A stretch of DNA of 63,734 bases, counting the filler, from Octopus bimaculoides (taxonomy: Eukaryota), in the NCBI RefSeq assembly GCF_001194135.2. It is 9 parts of 8 records of this genome, joined end to end, with 100 filler letters (N's around TTAATTAATTAA, not from the genome) between each part and the next. Parts side by side here need not be neighbours in the genome. Positions count along the whole stretch, not along the records: positions 41,211 to 60,335 come from NC_068999.1; positions 60,436 to 62,330 come from NC_068989.1; positions 62,431 to 63,734 come from NC_068981.1; 6 more parts are not named here. One strand, written 5' to 3'. Below the pieces are notes generated by a model that saw only the letters and a list, made by a program, of their open reading frames with translations, did no database searches and was not told the DNA's origin. The position numbers were made by a program, and so were the translations under genes. Shown here piece after piece: positions 53,746 through 63,734 of the stretch (within the stretch, counting starts at the first letter, position 1; every line of letters begins with the position of its first letter).

Positions 53746-54199
53746 TGTATGTATGTATATATTTACAGCCACACACGCCCAGGTAAACAGACACATGTAT
53801 ATATATGCATAGATGAATGGTATGATGAATGGATGAGCGTAACGATGGCTGTGTAGCTGAGATAACCTCTTCGCAACGACGCGGCTTCGGGATCGATTCC
53901 GGTTGCAGCACATTGGACAAGCGTTTTCTGTCATAAATTCGGTTCGACTTTAAAGAAATGTGAATGAAATTTAAAAGAATGAATATTTGTGGAATCCATT
54001 TAGAAGGGATGTCCTTATTTTTGGCTGGTAGATTTGATTCGTCAACTATCTTAAGACAATTGCATGGCATTTAGGGCCTTTAAAAGAATCAACTCCGCAT
54101 CTAATATGGGCAACATATCTCAAGTTTGTAAATATATTCCCCTTTCAATATTCATAGAAATAAGGCTCAGAGTTATTTGTCCCCACGCAGGATATCCTC

Positions 54200-54346
54200 T
54201 CATATTATTTACATTTGACGGATATTTGTCCTCATCTTGTTTGTTGTTAACACAATGTTTCGGCTGATATACTCCCCAACTTTCTTCATGTGTCTTGTGG
54301 AAATTTCGAACCTGAATTCTCATTCCTAAGGTATTTTTCGATGTTA
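54200..54346 (-). mobile_element. Penelope-like terminal fragment with decayed hammerhead core
   Basis: Minus strand acacatgaagaaagttggggagtatatcagccgaaacattgtg: the 3' stem-II strand and GAAAC are kept, while CUGANGA is mutated. Confidence 0.55.
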
Positions 54347-54608
54347 TCATTATTATTATTATTATTATTATTATTTTATGTTTGACTTTTGTTTTGCATT
54401 TGTACAAGTTGGATCCAAGTCTCACCCAGAGACCTCAAGAGACAACAAGTTAGAAGTTCATGTAGGTGTTATGCCTAGGGTACCATATATTTGGATTTGT
54501 ACAGTTTTGTTCAAGTGAATGTTTAAGAAACCATAAGAAAATTATGTGTTTGCTTTAAAATTTGAGATCACATAGACAGTATTTTACGTAGGATATGGGT
54601 AGTTCCCA

Positions 54609-54609
<1 letters not shown>
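54347..54609 (-). mobile_element. Second, very short 5'-truncated R4/Dong-like element (ORF end plus 3' UTR)
   Basis: GTTHILRKILSM* followed by ~200 nt of UTR ending in (AAT)n. The C-terminus is typical of R4/Dong-type ORFs. Confidence 0.7.
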
Positions 54610-54666
<57 letters not shown>

Positions 54667-54689
54667 ATCATTATTATTATTATTATTCA

Positions 54690-55085
54690 NNNNNNNNNNN
54701 NNNNNNNNNNNNNNNNNNNNNNNNNNNNNNNNNNNNNNNNNNNNNNNNNNNNNNNNNNNNNNNNNNNNNNNNNNNNNNNNNNNNNNNNNNNNNNNNNNNN
54801 NNNNNNNNNNNNNNNNNNNNNNNNNNNNNNNNNNNNNNNNNNNNNNNNNNNNNNNNNNNNNTATGTTATATATATTTGTAAGTCCTGGTGTTTTTGTTAT
54901 GTATTTGTCTGAATATTTTTTTATTATACCTAAGGCACCTACTATGATAGGAATTGTTTCTGTTTTTAGATTCCACATTCGAGTTATCTCTATTTCCAGG
55001 TCTTTGTATTTTGAAAGTTTTTCCATTTCTTTTAGAGAAACGTTGTCATCTGCTGGTATTGAAACATCAATTAGAATGCATTTTT
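54690..55085 (-). mobile_element. 5'-truncated R4/Dong-like non-LTR retrotransposon (restriction-like endonuclease end); 3' part in a gap
   Basis: Uninterrupted KCILIDVSIPADDNVSLKEMEKLSKYKDLEIEITRMWNLKTETIPIIVGALGIIKK (55083-54862), the RLE D..P..K..KY region. Flanked on both sides by (AAT)n. Confidence 0.82.
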
Positions 55086-55096
55086 GTATGTATGTA

Positions 55097-55154
<58 letters not shown>

Positions 55155-55335
55155 ATCATTATTATTATTATTATTCAGGTCACTGCGTCTCATACATAGG
55201 AATAGATATCTATTACAAAACTTCGGCGGAAAGGTGCATGCTGAGAACAGACTGATCACGAATGAAGAGGAATAATTTCACAAATGCTACTCTTGGTAAA
55301 ATAGATGACATAGCTACAGTTGTAAATATTATCTT

Positions 55336-55542
55336 ATACTCTAGGCAAAAGGCCCGAAATTTGGTGGGAGGGCCCACTCGATTAGATCGAACTCAGTACG
55401 CAACAGGTACTTAATTTATTGACCCCGAATGGATGAAATTTATGTCGACTTCCACTGAATTTGAGCTCAAAACGTAAAGACAGACGAAATACCGCTAAAC
55501 AATTCACCCGGCGTGATAACGTTTCTGCAAGCTCGCCGCCTT
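55336..55542 (-). mobile_element. SINE family B
   Basis: Colinear with 6778-6988. Confidence 0.82.
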
Positions 55543-55704
55543 CTACAGATATAATTATTGACAATAACACATAAAAATTAAATATGTCAAACACCATATA
55601 GTAATAGATCAGACTAGTATATGTAGCATGGCCCCTTCCAATCAGCGGTCATAGATTGAACAGGCCATACTGGTGCACCGCCTTTAGTCGAATGACTTGA
55701 CCCA

Positions 55705-56010
55705 GGCTGTGTGGCTGTGTGGTAAGATGCTTGCTTCCGAAGCACATGGTTCCGGGTTCAGTCCCACTGCGTGGAGCCTTGAGCAAGTGTCTTTTACTAG
55801 AGCCTGGGGCCGACCACAGTCTTGTGAGTGGATTTGGTAGACTAAAACTGAAAGAAGCCCGTCATATATATAGATATATACACACACATATATTTGTGTG
55901 TCTGTGTTTGTCTCCCCACCGTCACTTGACAACCAATGTCGGTGTGTTTACCTCCCCGTAACTTAGCAGTTCGGCAAAAGAACCGGTAGAACAAGTACTA
56001 GGCTTACAAA
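55705..56010 (+). mobile_element. SINE family A, 3'-truncated
   Basis: Head ggctgtgtggtaagatgcttgc..ggttccgggttcagtccc and body colinear with family A. Confidence 0.8.
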
Positions 56011-56429
56011 CAATATACCTATCTATATATCTATCTATCTATCTATCTATCTATATATNNNNNNNNNNNNNNNNNNNNNNNNNNNNNNNNNNNNNNNNNN
56101 NNNNNNNNNNNNNNNNNNNNNNNNNNNNNNNNNNNNNNNNNNNNNNNNNNNNNNNNNNNNNNNNNNNNNNNNNNNNNNNNNNNNNNNNNNNNNNNNNNNN
56201 NNNNNNNNNNNNNNNNNNNNNNNNNNNNNNNNNNNNNNNNNNNNNNNNNNNNNNNNNNNNNNNNNNNNNNNNNNNNNNNNNNNNNNNNNNNNNNNNNNNN
56301 NNNNNNNNNNNNNNNNNNNNNNNNNNNNNNNNNNNNNNNNNNNNNNNNNNNNNNNNNNNNNNNNNNNNNNNNNNNNNNNNNNNNNNNNNNNNNNNNNNNN
56401 NNTATATATATATATATATATATATGAAT

Positions 56430-56640
56430 AGGTGAGGTTCGGTGAGTTTAAAGACAAAAACAAGTTAGTCAATCAAATAGACATACAAATTTAACTTATT
56501 AGTTTGACGCTCGAGGAAAACTCGAGATGGAAAATTAAAAGTAAAACTACTACGTTTCGAGCATCTCTCTTTGTCGGATAGTCGAAGAATATCTAGTGAA
56601 ATAGAAAAGGACGCAGAAATGGATAGTCAAAATAGAAGAT
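56430..56640 (-). mobile_element. Penelope-like terminal fragment
   Basis: Minus strand ccgacaaa-gag-agat-gctc-gaaacgt, a degenerate relative of the motif at 7231-7255. Confidence 0.45.
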
Positions 56641-57935
56641 AGTGGGACAGCTACATATTCTGTCTTCAAGGACTGCGTATTTGCCTCCAGCTCTATGAAA
56701 TTTACTCTTATGAGATAAGTTCGTCGTACCCCTTGATAAGAACGTTTACATCCTTACATTGCTTCATAGCGGTAAGATTTATATTACCTAGGATATATAC
56801 AATAGCTAAAGGTTAAAATATTTCAAGCTATTTAACAAAGATAAAACTTAAAGGATATGAAAGTATTTAACAAAGTATATATTTTTCAAAGTTATTCTCT
56901 CCTATGTCTGCATCTTCCTTATAGTGATTCATTATAATCTCACTGCAAACATATACTTTGGGAATTAATCGACGTTTCACGGGTCTAGCAATAGCTGTTT
57001 AATATACAGCTTCAAAAAATAAATTTGTGTCTAAAGATGATAGAATTAGTTTTACGGATATTTACTTCCAAAAATCTTGCGAATGCAATGACCAACTAGA
57101 AGTTTCAAACGTTGGCGCGAGTAGTAAATATGCTTTGTCGAATAACTATGCAGTTTCGTATTGGGAGTCGTGATATCGAATATAATTCAATTTCCTGCGT
57201 ATATGACATGTGGTGCTGTATGGCATGGGTTGGGTGGTGTGATAAAGTGAGCGTGGTGAGTCGTTATTTAGCGTTGGACATAATGCTATGATATAGTATT
57301 TGCGGAAATATGTGTGTGTGTATGTAAGTACGTATATATGCCATTGTGTGTGTGTATGGGTGTGTATGCGTGAGAGGTAGCGTCCGTTTTCAATCATTGA
57401 ATCATACCGTCCTCTCTAAGGCGTTCATAGAATCAACCGCTTCGCAGAGGTTGGCGGCTATTTGAGGGTGTAATATTGCGTAGCGGACGGTCGCGGCCGA
57501 ATAATTCGCTGAGACCACAGACGGACATTTGTGTAGTGGAGGTAATGGTGTATANNNNNNNNNNATATATATATATATATGTTTCGTAGTGTATGCATAT
57601 TTGTCTATATATGTTTGTGCGCACCAGCGTGTGTTGGGAGGACAATTTTTCTTGTTTTATGTGTATTCGTACGAGTGTGTATATATACTTATATATACAT
57701 ATATATATATATATATCTGTGTGTGTGTATATATATATATATATATGTGCGTGTGTGTTTTTATATGGACACACACGTATACATATTCATACATATGTAT
57801 ACACTTATTGGCTTATTTGTATATATGTATGTTTGTGTGTAGCTTGTGCAAATACACATACATATATATGTATATATATATCCATACATATATACATATG
57901 TATGCATGTATACATACACATATATATACATAGGC

Positions 57936-57999
<64 letters not shown>

Positions 58000-58521
58000 T
58001 ATAACTTGTGATCTTCCGCGAAAACAGACGCACATATACATACATATAAGATTATAATATCTCTGTGGTTGGATGTGTGAGTATGTTTGGCAGTGCCTTT
58101 TTATATGTATATATATATGAGTGCGGCTGCACACGTGGACGTATATTAACGCATGCTTTCATATGCACACACACATGCAAATACATTAATATCTCCCGGT
58201 ACAAATGACCTGCGTTGTTGAGACTAAAGCATCGTAGCTCGATGACCTTTGACCGAGATATTGCTGTTGGGTGTGGACGCTTTCCGTTTGATATTGGCGT
58301 ATACATACACAATCACACATATTATATATGCGTATATGTACATTTTGTATCAGTGTGTCAATGTGTGTGCGAGTATATATATATATATATGTGTGTGTGT
58401 GTGGGTGGGTGTGTATGCATACGTATAATATACGTACGTATATATATACATATATAAAAAATATATATGTATATATACATAAGTATATATAAATACACTT
58501 ACATGTATATATATACATATG

Positions 58522-58598
<77 letters not shown>

Positions 58599-59184
58599 AT
58601 GCATGTATTATAAATATATGTATGTTTGCATATATAGAGAAGCTATATATGTGCGTGTTAGTATGAGTGTGTGAGCGTATTTCTTTGCGTGTGTGTTTAT
58701 GTATGTGTGTATGTCTATGCTTGATTGTGTATCTGCGTGTGCATGTGCGTCTGTGTGTATGCTTGTATGTCTGTGACGGTGTATTCATGTGTAGATTTTA
58801 AGCGGATTTGGACAACGAAGAAGGAAAAGTGAAATACGAAGAAAACTTGGAGGAAGGAAGGCAAAAATCAATGAGAATCGGAGGAATAGATTGGTTAGCG
58901 CCAGGTCAGCTCAGATGAAGCCAATATATATAATCAAAGGTATTCCAGTCGTGATCATCCTGTCTTTTTTCCAGACATGATATTTCTGGATTTACTTTAT
59001 TTTATAAGTATTTCCCGTATGTTTTTAAGACGTTTGTGTGTGTGTATTAATACGCGAGTTCACTTTGCTGCAGCGAACAATGAGGGAGTTCTTTGGTCTT
59101 ATTTTTCTTGTGACTTCAACTTCGATCTGATCACATCGAGCAGACATATTTTCAAACATATTCCATCCGTCATCATAGGGGTAA

Positions 59185-59720
59185 GCGTGGTTGTATAGTA
59201 AGAGGCTTGCTTCCCAATCACGTGCTTCCGGCTCCAGTGCCCAGTCCTCAGTCGCTCTGCGTGGTACCTTGGGTAAAAGTCTTATACTATAGCGTCGGGC
59301 TGACACAAAGACTTGTAAATTGATTTGGCAGACGGAAGCTGAAAGAAGCCCGTCGTATATACATATGTCTGTCTGTCTGTATGTCTGTCTGTCTGTATGT
59401 ATGTATGTATGTGTGCATCTATGTATGCATGTAAGTATGAATATATGTATGTACTATGTATGTATGTATGTATCTACCTGCGTGCGTGTATTTGTGTATG
59501 CGCGCGTCTTTGTGTTTGTCTTCCACCACTGCATGACAACCGGTGGTGCTGTGTCTACTTCCCTATGGCGTAGCGGTTCGTCATAAGGAGCCCGATAGAA
59601 TAAGTATCAGACTTAACGGGGGAAAATAAGTACGAGAGTCGATTTATTCGACTAAAAATTCATCACGGTGGTACCCCAGCATGGCCGCTGTCTAATGAAT
59701 ACAACAAGTAAGAGACAAAA
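59185..59720 (+). mobile_element. SINE family A with expanded internal microsatellite
   Basis: Head, CORE-like block, (TGTC/TATG)n expansion and the family 3' end. Confidence 0.75.
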
Positions 59721-60171
59721 GATACAATATTAACCTACATGTGCATGCTCGATATTGGACAAGACCAGTTTAAAGGTAAGCATTATGTTTACTACAGTTA
59801 CACGTCTTAAAATTTCGATGTGTTGTTCGCTGAGGATTACTAGTTAATTTTGCCATTATTCAAATCTATGTTTGTTGCTGTATTCCGAAAGTTTGTTTCC
59901 GCTAAAGATGCTTCTATTAGGAGTTATGGTTTGGGTAGCAAGTGAGTAATTTTCTTTATCTTTTATCTTTTACTTATTTCTGTCATTAGATTGCGCCAAT
60001 TGTGAGAACTTCTTTTTGTTTCTTCTAAATCTGGCACTTAATCTATCGGTCTTTTTTGTCGTCCCACCAGGGTGCGGAAATGTAAACAGATACCACCGGT
60101 CGTCAAGCGATGATGAGGACAAACCAAACATAAAGGAACACAAGCACATGTACACCCACGCACACACACAA

Positions 60172-60220
<49 letters not shown>

Positions 60221-60276
60221 TACACGCGCACACACGCACACACATATATCTATATCTATCTGTCTATCTCTCTATC

Positions 60277-60330
<54 letters not shown>

Positions 60331-60435
60331 CTCTCNNNNNNNNNNNNNNNNNNNNNNNNNNNNNNNNNNNNNNNNNNNNTTAATTAATTAANNNNNNNNN
60401 NNNNNNNNNNNNNNNNNNNNNNNNNNNNNNNNNNN

Positions 60436-60504
<69 letters not shown>

Positions 60505-60514
60505 ATATATATAG

Positions 60515-60665
60515 CATGGGCTTATTTCAGTTTCCATCTACCTATTCCACTCACAAGGCTTTGATCGAGGTTATCGTTGAAGACGCTTGCTCAAGGTGCC
60601 ATGCAGTGGGACTGAACCCGGAATCATGTGGTTGGGAAGCCAGCTTCTTACCACAGAGCCACGCC
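60515..60665 (-). mobile_element. SINE family A 5' half
   Basis: Reverse complement of the head and CORE-like block. Confidence 0.75.
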
Positions 60666-61423
60666 TGATTGCGTAGTAAACGGGAGCCAACAGTGACCAG
60701 AGAGAGTGGGAGAGTGGACGACAGAATTGGAGGGGAAAAGAAAGACAGAGAGGAAGACAGAGATTTGAAAAATATGGGGTGTGTGAAGTAAGGGAGGGCT
60801 GAAAGTACCCCAAACAACAACGGTATTTTACACAAGATTTACAAGCACTGCACCGTCGTTCTTAAACGGTTAAGTTCGTTGCAACAAAACGTGAGAAAAA
60901 GAGACCTCAATACATGATGATCTCTACACAACTGCGACTCGACTGCTACTCAACAGTCCTACCACGGCCAGACTACCTTTATTTATATGTCTTGGGAGAT
61001 CATACTTCTTCGCCTGGGGGCGTCGACACAACACCTTTCATCCTTTTGAAGTCGACAAAATAAGAATCAGTTGTGTACTGGGGTCATTAGCACTTAACAC
61101 CTCCTCGATCTTGCTGGACTTGTGCCAAAATTTGAAACCAATATAAAGACTAAAGTTTTGTTTTATGACAAGAAAGATTTAAAGATTTTGAAGGTTCTTG
61201 GCACTACCTGGGCTCGCAGACACATCAATGCCAGAAAACTAATGTCACAGGCGTCACGTACTGCTTTGAGCACAGCCAGATACGTTGGAGCTGTATTCAG
61301 CATACTAAGACTCAAAATAGGAAGATATAATATGATTTAAACCAAATAGGATTTAATCATTTGTGTGTATGCGGATGTGGGGAGTCACATAGGTATATAT
61401 TAAAATACACAACAGAGGAAAAT

Positions 61424-61424
61424 G

Positions 61425-61499
<75 letters not shown>

Positions 61500-61580
61500 C
61501 TAGAGAGAGAGAAAGAGAAAAGGAGGTAGGGTAGATGGGTAGGTAGGTAGGTAGGTAGGTAGGTAGGTAGGTAGGTAGGT
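61424..61580. repeat. (GATA)n and (GGTA)n tetranucleotide repeats
   Basis: Direct reading. Confidence 0.95.
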
Positions 61581-62862
61581 GAATCTATCCTCACTACACT
61601 CATATACAAAAGCACTGGATTTTTTTCTACTTCAGGATATGTGGAGTATTTTAGATCAGTATTCATGCGATTTTTCACCAATAAGTTAAAGATTGTGATT
61701 GGACGGGTGCCGATTCCATCAATCAAGTAGTAGGTAAATTAGAATCCTTAGTTGCAGCCACAAATTAATCTGAAATGATGCCATTAATGAAGCTGAAATT
61801 GAGGCCATATACAGACAGTATGTCTATTGCTATTAATAACTGTGGTTATGCAAGAAACTTCACAATTTGGTTATATCAACCGGGCTAATTGCCAAGGCTC
61901 TTCGAAATTCATGACATGTTGATAACAAAATATATCACATGACCTCTGTTCTGTTCTCAGTTCTTTTGTGTTTCGATATTTCTACAGCTATGCAGATATC
62001 AATTAAAGAAGACTGTCATAAATCAATACATTCGTATACATATATATATATATATATATATATAGTGTAGTATATTGCCACTTAAGTGTGGCTGACCCCT
62101 AGGGGTGGATGTTACTGTTGCTTTTAGCCCCAGGAGGACATCTCCTCCAGCTGGCTTATCGACACACGACTGTGTCCTGTTTGCCAAGGGAGTTATCCCT
62201 CTCACCACGACCAGCAGCACGAACGTATCCGGATTTCAGGGTTATTTCCCTTCTTCGGCGTTCGACAGCTGATGACCTTGGTGAGAGAGAAAAACCTGGC
62301 AAAATCTTATATCTTCTTTTCCAGTGACATNNNNNNNNNNNNNNNNNNNNNNNNNNNNNNNNNNNNNNNNNNNNTTAATTAATTAANNNNNNNNNNNNNN
62401 NNNNNNNNNNNNNNNNNNNNNNNNNNNNNNGGAGAGAGTAAGATAAATGTAGGGAGAAAAGGAGGAGGAGAAAGTGACAGCGTGATCAAATAAGGTGAGT
62501 GATAGAAATGAGAGAGAGATTAGTAAAGAGAAGTAGTTAGAGAGGCGAAGAGAGAAAGAATTTTAAAAGGAATGTTAGTGAAAATGGAAGAGATTATACA
62601 GAGATACGAAGTGAAACAGATGTAAGGATAAAGAAAAAAGATAAGAGTTAATATGACAAAGTAGTGATAGAAAGGAAAAGCAAGTAATAGAAACAGAGGA
62701 CATATATAGAGAGAGAGGCGGAGAGAGGAGAAGAGGGAGAGAAGGGGAGAGAGAGAGGGAGAATAGGAGAGATAAGTGGGAGAGAGAGAAATGAAATAAG
62801 AGACGGTATGGTAAAGCAGAGAAAAAGATGGAATGACTAAGAGAGAGAGAGANNNNNNNNNN

Positions 62863-62899
<37 letters not shown>

Positions 62900-63419
62900 T
62901 GAGATGGAGAGGGAGAGAGAGACGGAAAAGATAGAGAGAAAGGGAAAGAGAGAGAAAAATAGAAAGAAGTTAAGAATGTGAAAGTAGGAATAATAAAATA
63001 GAGAGTGTGTGTGTGATGAGAGGAGAATAAAAAGTATATGAATGAAGTAAAGGGAGAAAGTGAGGTTTCAAATGTTGGCACACGGCCAGCAATTTTGAGG
63101 AAGGGGCAAATCAATTACATAGACCCCCAGTATCCAACTGGTACATAACTGGTTATCCGCTATCTCTTTGATTTTCAGAGACATTTACATGAGTAGGAAA
63201 GCTAACTTCTCTAATGGTACATTCTTTTCTTCTGTATCCCAAACTACAATATCGGGCCTGTTATGCTCACACTTGATAGATGTTTTGATGAAAACGTTCC
63301 ACCAGTGTTCCTTATGTTGAGTTTGTGTGTGTATTCAAAAAAAAAAAAATTCTCTGTATTTATTCCAGGATAGTCGGTTTTTTTCCGGATTGCATTATAT
63401 ATGTATTCTTTTTTTTTAA

Positions 63420-63734
63420 ATTTGCTTCAGTCATTTGACTGCGGCCATGCTGGAGCATCGAGCAAATCGTCTCCAGGTTTCATTCTTTGTAAGCCTAGTA
63501 CTTATTCTATCGGTCACTTTTGCCGAACCGCTAAGTTACGGAGACGTAAACACGCCTGCATCGGTTGTCAAGCGATGTTGGGGGACAAACACAGACACAC
63601 AAACACACACACACATGCACACACACACACACACAAACACATATACGACGGGCTTCTTTCAGTTTCCCTCTACCACTCACAAGGCTTTGGTCGGCCCGAG
63701 GCTATAGTAGAAGCTACTTGCCCAAGGTGCCACG
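63420..63734 (-). mobile_element. SINE family A running off the window end
   Basis: ttcagtcatttgactgcggccatgctggagc...cccaaggtgccacg. Confidence 0.88.

Noticed and set aside
61630-61730. Strong plus-strand acceptor (ttttttctacttcAG) followed by GYVEYFRSVFMRFF..
   Set aside because: All frames stop before the next plausible donor and no homology was recognised.
62068-62330. HDV-like ribozyme in a GC-rich, LINE 5'-end-like segment
   Set aside because: Hairpins exist (cccctagggg; ggaggacatctcctcc), but I could not build the nested double pseudoknot (no GG for P1.1 directly after P1).

Overview
AT-rich eukaryotic genomic DNA, very probably an octopus. The attribution rests on my recognition of abundant tRNA-derived octopus-type SINE families and the extreme microsatellite density, not on a database search. 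The window is not one continuous locus. Eight identical 100-nt spacers (N44-TTAATTAATTAA-N44, stops in all six frames) concatenate nine separate scaffolds: 1-4624, 4725-16722, 16823-25209, 25310-28647, 28748-37422, 37523-41110, 41211-60335, 60436-62330 and 62431-63734. Almost all ORFs in the supplied track are N-runs or translated microsatellites. Host coding sequence I can support is the last exon of a C19orf12/Nazo homolog (495-751, +) and four phase-compatible exons of an MRP-type ABCC transporter (37043 to 32513, -). The rest is mobile DNA. It includes a decayed mariner, an RTE LINE remnant, R4/Dong-like RLE retroelement ends stacked in an (AAT)n tract, two copies of a Merlin-like MITE, a complete 91-bp Helitron, foldback MITEs, many SINEs, and several Penelope-like ends with hammerhead-ribozyme cores, one nearly intact at 13151-13218. 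I see no prokaryotic-type system (no CRISPR, no operon). The most interesting leads are the hammerhead motifs and the nested (AAT)n-targeted insertion with an exact 82-bp flanking duplication.
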